Source of the DNA: a virus
IMG/VR virus record: IMGVR_UViG_3300032136_000002
Span: 38,281 to 102,280 of that record
Direction: 5' to 3' (one strand)
DNA: 64,000 nucleotides
Positions 57,387-64,000 of the stretch are shown piece after piece. Position 1 is the first letter of the stretch; the number at the start of each line of letters is the position of its first letter. Position numbers and translations under genes: made by a program. Under the pieces are notes generated by a model, which saw only the letters and a list, made by a program, of their open reading frames with translations, did no database searches and had not been told where the DNA came from.

Positions 57387-57480
57387 CTGTACACTCCACG
57401 GGGGTCAGGGTTGGCAGCTCCACCATTGCCAAACCCCCTTTCAAACCGCACACTCGTCCCCATCAGCGAAGAGGAACATC

Positions 57481-58356
57481 GTGGATCGACGCATTTGCTT
57501 CTACCATTCCGCCGATCTGGACGGGAAATGCTCCGCGGCTATCGTACAACGCTACTTCGGCGCAAAAAACATCGAGCTCTACGGATTCGACTACGGCCAC
57601 CAATTCCCCTGGGAAAAGGTTGACGGTGAGACTGAGGTCATCATGGTCGACCTGGGGCTCCAGCCCTTTTCCCAGATGCTCGAGCTGAACCGTGTGGCCA
57701 AAAGCTTGACCTGGATTGACCACCACAAAAGCGCTATCGACACCTACCTCGCACAAGAGGAACGATGGCAGGGGGAGCTCCAAACAGACCGGGCCGCCTG
57801 TGAATTGGTCTGGGAGTACTACCACGACGACCAACCCATACCCCGGGCTGTCTTCATGCTTGGCGTCTACGACACCTGGCGCTGGCAGGACGTGAGTGGC
57901 GCCCTCGAGTTTCAATACGGCATGCGCTCTGTCGAGAACGCCCCATCAGGCGCCATCTGGGATTCCCTGTTCTGCGCCGGCCACGAGGTCAACCTAGTCA
58001 CCGAGAGCATCATCAGCGCCGGCCGAAACATCCTGCGCTACACCAAACGCCAAAACGCCATCTACGCCAAAGCCACTTCGTCCGTGCTGCACTGGGAAGG
58101 GCTGACATTCATCGCCTCCAACGCCCAACTCACCAACAGCGCCCTGTTCGACAGCGTGTACGACCCTGAACAACATGACGCCATGCTTACCTTCGGCTGG
58201 AGGAACAACTCCTGGACAATCAGTATGTACGCCCCCAAAGAGGTCTGCGAAGAGCGAGGCTTCAACCTGGGGGCCCTCGCCAAAAAGCACGGAGGCGGAG
58301 GTCACGTCGGAGCGGCCGGCTTCCAAGCCCCCCTTCTGCCCTTCGACCTCGTGTAA
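57481..58356 (+). CDS. DHH/DHHA1 phosphoesterase (NanoRNase-like)
   Basis: YHSADLDG; MVD; WIDHHKS; GGGGHVGAAGF. Confidence 0.92.
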   Translation: MDRRICFYHSADLDGKCSAAIVQRYFGAKNIELYGFDYGHQFPWEKVDGETEVIMVDLGLQPFSQMLELNRVAKSLTWIDHHKSAIDTYLAQEERWQGELQTDRAACELVWEYYHDDQPIPRAVFMLGVYDTWRWQDVSGALEFQYGMRSVENAPSGAIWDSLFCAGHEVNLVTESIISAGRNILRYTKRQNAIYAKATSSVLHWEGLTFIASNAQLTNSALFDSVYDPEQHDAMLTFGWRNNSWTISMYAPKEVCEERGFNLGALAKKHGGGGHVGAAGFQAPLLPFDLV

Positions 58357-58365
58357 GGAACCAAG

Positions 58366-58557
58366 TTGAAAGCCGACCTCCAACGCGCAGCTACCCTCCT
58401 CGGCGTAGCTGTATCCACCACCTCCGACAAACGAGTGCTCATCACCTTCGATAAGTGCGTTAGCTCAATCGAGATGAGCCAAGAAGACGCGCAGGACTTT
58501 GCCCTCTCCATCCTCGATCAGGTCGAGAACGCGGGCCAACAACAACAACTCAACTAG
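58366..58557 (+). CDS. Small hypothetical protein
   Basis: AAGGA RBS, TTG start. Confidence 0.5.
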   Translation: MKADLQRAATLLGVAVSTTSDKRVLITFDKCVSSIEMSQEDAQDFALSILDQVENAGQQQQLN

Positions 58558-58808
58558 CTAAAAAGAAACCGGATGCCAAGCATCACAGCAGGAGCTGAAC
58601 GTCGTCTGCACGGGACGAACAAGTCTTGGCACCCGGGTGGTCACCTTAGTGCGACCTGGCCCGATCCTACCCTGATCGAGAGAAAGGAAAACCTGCGCCG
58701 GACAGAAAATCAATCAAGTAGCCGCATCGACGCGATAGCTACGAAAAGGGCACCTACGAGGAGCACGAAATCACGGGGTTCAAGCACCATGGCGGAAAGT
58801 CTACACAA

Positions 58809-59801
58809 TCAAATCAGAGTCTTGTAGTAACCAACGAGCGCGTCAGCGATGTCCTCCCAATAATCGCGCCGAGCCGAGTAGGGCAGCTCAAGCTGAACGC
58901 CAGTCGAGCTGTAGCGGTTGACAATGTTATCTGGGTCAACCCCAGCGTAGCTGTCTCCCGCACCGACCACAGTCACCGTGTAGCTCCACGAGATGGCATC
59001 CAGGGCGTCCTTGACATCCTCCTTGAAACTCGTGGAGGCCCCGCCACCGACGAGTACCTCAGAGCCGCTGTAGCCGTGCACAGTGACTGCGTAGTCATAG
59101 GTCCGACCCGAGAGGTCATTCAGGTAGCCGAAGTTGGCCTCGTTGATGTCAGTCGACGTAATGTGCCAAGCGTCGAAGGCCCCGATGGCGTCCTGATGAC
59201 CAATGCAGTACCAAAGGCTCGCGTCCTTCGAGTTGGTTGTGACCAGCCCATCGTAGAACCGGGCGGCGAGCTCATCGGTGTAGCTCTCAATCGCACCACC
59301 GTGAGGGGCCATGATCAACATATCGGTCTGGCTCGAACTTGACTCCTGCTTGAACTCGCCCATCTGGTCGTTGTCATTGAGCCAACTGTCGGTCTTCCCC
59401 TGCAACGCTGTCCAGGGGTCGATATAGGCGTCAAAGGCATCGGACTGGTCAAACCTCTGCCGGCCCGACAACCTCATGCGGATGTCGTCGTTATCCGTGC
59501 CGTCTTCGTAATCAGAGTGAATCGTAACAAGACCGTACTTCGAGGTGGCCCCGTACACCGTCAACAAAAACTGCTCCCCGACGGCGAGCCCCTCGGAAAC
59601 ACGCAGCTCATCATCGATGGTGCAGTTCTCCTCCGTCAGATACTCCAGCATCTCCGTCTTTGCTTTGAGGACATCGATCTTCGTTCCCAAGGCGAACCTC
59701 CCTATTCCTGGGGTTGTCCCCCCAAGATCTCCATCGGATGGTCCGCTGGAAACACAAGTCGCCCCAAACACTAGCGCCGCAAGTGCTACAAATCCCTTCA
59801 T
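58809..59801 (-). CDS. Poly-gamma-glutamate hydrolase family protein (PghP/YjqB/DUF867) with N-terminal signal-like peptide
   Basis: APHGGAIESYTDELA; WHITST; TVHG; LVGGG; GVDPDNIVNR; GVQLEL; start ATG 59801 (MKGFVALAALVFGATC). Confidence 0.85.
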   Translation of the reverse strand: MKGFVALAALVFGATCVSSGPSDGDLGGTTPGIGRFALGTKIDVLKAKTEMLEYLTEENCTIDDELRVSEGLAVGEQFLLTVYGATSKYGLVTIHSDYEDGTDNDDIRMRLSGRQRFDQSDAFDAYIDPWTALQGKTDSWLNDNDQMGEFKQESSSSQTDMLIMAPHGGAIESYTDELAARFYDGLVTTNSKDASLWYCIGHQDAIGAFDAWHITSTDINEANFGYLNDLSGRTYDYAVTVHGYSGSEVLVGGGASTSFKEDVKDALDAISWSYTVTVVGAGDSYAGVDPDNIVNRYSSTGVQLELPYSARRDYWEDIADALVGYYKTLI

Positions 59802-59878
59802 TTCTCTTGTCGCCTTCTCCCCCCACTGGTTTGGTAGAGATTTCATTTTACAACACAGGGAGAGGGCAGTGGTATGGA

Positions 59879-61327
59879 CTATTGGCCCGATTGGCCGGCG
59901 AAGGACCAGCCGGTGTACCTGAGCTGCACACCATGCACAAAGAAGCTGGTAGTACACGTATCCCCAGCGTCGTCACCCAGGCGGTCAAAGAAGAAGCTCA
60001 GCCAGTCATCGTCTTTGGAGAAATTTGCTGCGGCCAGGGTCAGGTCGAATCCGTAGGGCTGATCCCCGATCTGACTCGACACGTCGTAGTTATCCTGCTC
60101 GTTGTGCATCGTTTCAAACGTTGTGCCGATGGCATCACCTCGCCAGTAGAAGTCGTAAGCAACCGCCCGATTGGATGCTTGTGTGGCACTAACTGTGTAA
60201 AGGATACGGAAAGTTAGATCACCAGAAGCGTAGTTCTGCGGCACAGGCAGAGCAGTGCGGAAACCCTGCGTAAAACCATTCTCCAGCCGAATACACAAAC
60301 GATCGTTGTTGCTGTACCAGCTCCCCCCGGAGACCGCGAGGTACCCCGCTCCATAGGTGGCCTTGCACGTGGTCTTCTCGAGAATGGTATCGCCGAGGAC
60401 TATGATTTTGCCGTCATGGTGGAACTCGATATCCTTATCAGCTGAAGAACCCCCATCCCTCAGCTGGATACGAGCCTTGCTGTGCAGCGTGCCCGACGAC
60501 GGGTCATCCCACCGAAAATGCAATGACCCCACATCCCGAAGTGTCCCACCGTCATCATCGAGTTGGAAATAGAGCCCGGTGCCGAATCCTGCATCAACCT
60601 CACCACTACTTCGCCGAGCCAGCCGCAACAGGCTCGTAACCGTCGATGTATCACTCGTCAACTCTTTGATGGTGGCGGCCTTCGAGCTGCTCACGGTGCC
60701 CGTCCCAACCACTAGGGCACCAGACAGATCCTCACTGGGCTCTGAGCCCGAAGCAGCGTTGCCGATATCCGCATAGGTCAAGCCCGCCACCTGGGCTACA
60801 AATCCCGTACTACTCGGCGTACCGCCCGCCGTCGTCCGGTACACACCATAGGACGTCGCACCGTCAACCGCTGACCAAGAAACCTCATTGAAGTTCGTAG
60901 TGCTGAGTGCTGCGTTCCCATCAGTGATCTGCGTCTCGCCAGAGGCTAACGTCTCCCCCGTATCGCTGAAAGCAGTGACCTTGTACCCCCACGTTGTGCT
61001 GCCTGTTGTCCCTTGAGCGGAAACTGTAGGTACTTCCGGGTCGGACAAATCCTCTACGATTAGACCACCACCCCTACGAACAGTCCCAACCGAGGAATAC
61101 CCCTCATGGGCGGCCAAAACCACATCCAGCGCAGTGATCTCACCCGCTGATAGCTCGGAAACGAAATACACCGAACACGTACCAGATTCCGCGTTTATGA
61201 AGTCTAAATCCGTAGTAATTCCAACGTCACTCCCAATCTCCTCAGTCAGCGCGCTCAGGGCGACAACTCCACGTTTTGTTTCAGTAGTGATGTCATACGT
61301 ACGGGGCTGTCCATTGCCGCTAGCCAT
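59879..61327 (-). CDS. Virion fibre/structural protein
   Basis: YKVTA...GETLAS...VSWSAVDGATSYGVYR (Fn3-like); TGATG coupling. Confidence 0.7.
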   Translation of the reverse strand: MASGNGQPRTYDITTETKRGVVALSALTEEIGSDVGITTDLDFINAESGTCSVYFVSELSAGEITALDVVLAAHEGYSSVGTVRRGGGLIVEDLSDPEVPTVSAQGTTGSTTWGYKVTAFSDTGETLASGETQITDGNAALSTTNFNEVSWSAVDGATSYGVYRTTAGGTPSSTGFVAQVAGLTYADIGNAASGSEPSEDLSGALVVGTGTVSSSKAATIKELTSDTSTVTSLLRLARRSSGEVDAGFGTGLYFQLDDDGGTLRDVGSLHFRWDDPSSGTLHSKARIQLRDGGSSADKDIEFHHDGKIIVLGDTILEKTTCKATYGAGYLAVSGGSWYSNNDRLCIRLENGFTQGFRTALPVPQNYASGDLTFRILYTVSATQASNRAVAYDFYWRGDAIGTTFETMHNEQDNYDVSSQIGDQPYGFDLTLAAANFSKDDDWLSFFFDRLGDDAGDTCTTSFFVHGVQLRYTGWSFAGQSGQ

Positions 61328-63435
61328 CAGCTCACCCTCCAAATCTCCAGTCGCGCCCGCCGGATGTACGTTGTGCCACCCGTAGCTGCCCAGTAGTCAA
61401 GATCGATATTGACCGATGCACCCGCCCCCGTCACATAGTAGAACCCTCCGACAGGATGCCAGTTGCTCACATCCTGCGGCTCCATCGTTGCCTCCATAAT
61501 TGATGTCGTGTCGTTTATTTGCACGCGGTAGTCGGCGTTGGTCGAGCCTGACCCGTGCTGCCACTCAAAAGACCACCCAATTCGGTAGACGGCGGCTGAT
61601 ACTAGCGTGCCCGTGGTGAGACGCACTTTCTGCACTGGCGTGGTCGAGGTCGTCGACGACTGACTATCGCTGCTCGTCTGCGAAAACCCAGGACTGACCC
61701 GTGCATCAGAGAGTCGTGCGTCATTCCCCTGACAAAAAGTCCCTGAAGCCGTTCCGAATGCAGGCAGCCCGTGGGCGTGATCAGACCGGGCCAGGCTCGT
61801 CGCCGACCCCTCCCCAGCAGAATCTCCGGGCGTGATGGACGCAGCCGTTGCCGTTGTCACGTCGTGCTTGTGGTCCTGACGGCTCGCCTCCGTGGCCGTG
61901 CCCGCCGATGCTGCCGCCTTGGTGACGTTGACGGGAGCGGTGTCAGAGAGGTCAATATTGGACTCCCCGGCCACCGTCACATTGACGGTGCCGGTCTCGG
62001 TCTGTGTACCCTCCACCGACCCGACAAAAGCCTCAAGTGTTGCCCCGCTTGCGACACTCCAAGCCGTGTCACAGTCGATATGGGTCACGCAGGCACGGAC
62101 TGTCCCAGTCTGCACATCAATTCCGGTGGTTGCGCCAGCACCCACATCCTCAAGCTCCTGGACTATCGCATAAACCCCCCCAGCGCCCCCCGCTGTGACA
62201 AGGCCCCTACCGTCCCCGTTGATGTAGATGTCCCCGATAAGAACATGAATGTGACCATCACCGCTCGAATTGTCGTGGATTGCGTCACCGTCCTCCACTC
62301 GGATGTAATCAAGTTCTGCAATAATGACGCTATCGGTCCCATCATTTTTGATGGCATTGCCGCTTCCAGTGCAAGAAATACCCGACGCCTTTACAGAGCT
62401 TGTCTCAGTGCCCGACGACTTTTTGACAGCCGTCTCGCCAGCACCAACGCGAATCTGGAGAAAATCAATTCCCGAGTAATCTTGAAGGGTTACTTCTCCG
62501 ATAATAGTGGCCCCGGGAGCAGTCACCAAACAGTAGCTATAGACTGTGATATCTTCGACGTACCCCCCAGCGTCAAAGCACTGAATACTGAAGGCATTGA
62601 CCGAAGACGGCGTCTGGGAAAGCGCCTCAGCTAAAGCGGCCCCGAAAGTCAAAAATGCTTCTTCTAGCGTCTTGCCGCTATTCGAGTCATTCCCGTGTTT
62701 GCCCACATAGTAAATCTGGGCCTGGTCAACCAATTCGGTCGGATGAACATGGTCAGAGGCGCTCGACGTGTTGGCCGTGCCTGTCGCTGCTACTCCAAGA
62801 GCTTGGGGCGCCGTCGTGTACTCGATGGCTCGGAATCCGAGGATATTCACCCCGACATGCCCATCAGAAGCGTCGACGCTTAGTATCACTCCAAGCGCCT
62901 GCGTCACGTACGGCCCGGGCGGAGGGGCACCCGCTATAGCCCCGGCAGTGGTGTGGGACACATAAATCGGCTGTTGCGCCGAAAACGCCGAGGTATCCAC
63001 TCCGTCCAGCACACCGACAATTATCAGGGTACCAGTCGAGGAGTCCGTACACTCCTGGTCGATGATGCCGACGGCTGGCAGAGTCGAGGCAGAGTCCGCC
63101 TTGGCCGCCTCGACCAACGCCCTGGAGTTATCGTGGTCGTAGCCCGTGGCGTAGACGACAGTGCCAACACTCAATGTGCCCGCCGAGGTCTTCCGGCACT
63201 GGATACGCACTTTGTTGAGCTGGGCGGTTGCCCCGGCATCAAACGTAGCCCAGGTAATCGGGTCGTCTTTTACCAGCCAGTTGAGATTATTCGTATCGAG
63301 GTCGATTGCCACCTTGCCGACGTCCGCCGCAGTGAAGCCGGTAGCCGCCAGCCGAGCCGTAGAATCAGCGTAGGCGTACGCGATAATCGTGTGGACGCCT
63401 TCGGTCCTCGTTTGTGCGCTGTGAAGTAAGCTCAT
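61327..63435 (-). CDS. Fibre protein with HxH shaft motifs and beta-helix-like domain
   Basis: SASDHVH, SRQDHKH, ARSDHAH; YYVGKHGNDSNSG...AFLTFGAAL. Confidence 0.75.
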   Translation of the reverse strand: MSLLHSAQTRTEGVHTIIAYAYADSTARLAATGFTAADVGKVAIDLDTNNLNWLVKDDPITWATFDAGATAQLNKVRIQCRKTSAGTLSVGTVVYATGYDHDNSRALVEAAKADSASTLPAVGIIDQECTDSSTGTLIIVGVLDGVDTSAFSAQQPIYVSHTTAGAIAGAPPPGPYVTQALGVILSVDASDGHVGVNILGFRAIEYTTAPQALGVAATGTANTSSASDHVHPTELVDQAQIYYVGKHGNDSNSGKTLEEAFLTFGAALAEALSQTPSSVNAFSIQCFDAGGYVEDITVYSYCLVTAPGATIIGEVTLQDYSGIDFLQIRVGAGETAVKKSSGTETSSVKASGISCTGSGNAIKNDGTDSVIIAELDYIRVEDGDAIHDNSSGDGHIHVLIGDIYINGDGRGLVTAGGAGGVYAIVQELEDVGAGATTGIDVQTGTVRACVTHIDCDTAWSVASGATLEAFVGSVEGTQTETGTVNVTVAGESNIDLSDTAPVNVTKAAASAGTATEASRQDHKHDVTTATAASITPGDSAGEGSATSLARSDHAHGLPAFGTASGTFCQGNDARLSDARVSPGFSQTSSDSQSSTTSTTPVQKVRLTTGTLVSAAVYRIGWSFEWQHGSGSTNADYRVQINDTTSIMEATMEPQDVSNWHPVGGFYYVTGAGASVNIDLDYWAATGGTTYIRRARLEIWRVS

Positions 63436-63806
63436 CCCTGCACCACCATGTGCCCGTCCCCATTGGTCAGCATCCCCCCTAAGTCAGACACAAGCGGAGA
63501 GACCAGATCAAAAGTCGAACCGTCCAACGATGCTAGCACCTGACCAACAGCTGTAGCAGGAGGCAAAGCCCCAGAAGCAAGCTGCGTCAAAGTGAGCGGG
63601 GTTGTGTTCTCCGAGTCCTTGAACGTCATCCTGTCAGATGAGTCCCTCGTCCACAGAACACTCTCATCATCGGAGGTGTTGTTCTGGATGAACACCCCAC
63701 GCACATCAATGTGATCCTCGTTAGGGTCCAACTCAGTGGGCGTTGTGTCCAGCTGCGTGCCGTAACCGGGAGTCTCAAACTTGAGAGGATAAACTCGGTC
63801 AGCCAT
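63432..63806 (-). CDS. Structural-module hypothetical protein
   Basis: ATGA overlap; PPATAVGQVL. Confidence 0.7.
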   Translation of the reverse strand: MADRVYPLKFETPGYGTQLDTTPTELDPNEDHIDVRGVFIQNNTSDDESVLWTRDSSDRMTFKDSENTTPLTLTQLASGALPPATAVGQVLASLDGSTFDLVSPLVSDLGGMLTNGDGHMVVQG

Positions 63807-63818
63807 TCACCGAGTATA

Positions 63819-63998
63819 CTACGGAGCGCGGCGACGACCCATGTTCACGATTTGAAGAGCCAGGTCGTTGGTGTTGAGGCCGTAACCCATACGCACGACG
63901 TAGCTGGAGCCTGTGGTGGGAATCGACGTCGAGAGCACGCCGGCAGCTCCCATAAAGTACTGAGCTCCCGCAGTACCCGTGCCTCCCAACACACCACG
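63819..63998 (-). CDS. 3' end of a decoration/fibre-type gene (partial)
   Basis: ...GAQYFMGAAGVLSTSIP...VRMGYGLNTNDLALQI...stop; resembles a domain in 61327-63435. Confidence 0.6.
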   Translation of the reverse strand, partial: RGVLGGTGTAGAQYFMGAAGVLSTSIPTTGSSYVVRMGYGLNTNDLALQIVNMGRRRAP

Positions 63999-64000
63999 AG

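Noticed and set aside
59802-59957. N-terminal 52 aa of track ORF 58809-59957
   Set aside because: Overlaps the upstream gene and a promoter-like gap; ATG 59801 is the more plausible start
1-64000. Alternative genetic code
   Set aside because: Standard code gives long, tightly coupled ORFs ending in TAA, TAG and TGA

Overview
This 64 kb window is a segment of a large, GC-rich tailed phage or provirus genome, probably with a contractile tail. No host housekeeping genes were recognised. (1) 1-11.8 kb, minus strand: head module with a portal-like protein carrying a LAGLIDADG intein. It is followed by a >1470-codon ORF that runs off the left edge and is missing from the supplied ORF track. That ORF encodes a beta + beta' fused multisubunit-type RNA polymerase (GADFDGD). 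(2) 11.9-28.6 kb, plus strand: replication and recombination operon. It contains an SF2 helicase with a mini-intein, a degenerate family-4 UDG, DUF932, DnaB-like helicase, primase, putative SSB, PolA, HU-like, RecA-like, two PD-(D/E)xK nucleases and RusA. A 269-bp protein-less IS200/IS605 derivative that keeps a TnpB-type omega-RNA scaffold sits exactly between the helicase stop and the primase start. (3) 28.7-64 kb, mostly minus strand: membrane/lysis-like genes, very large baseplate proteins, a modular fibre/receptor-binding cluster with repeats and paralogues, a DHH phosphoesterase preceded by a tRNA-like minihelix, and a poly-gamma-glutamate hydrolase. All calls come from reading motifs by eye; no searches were run.
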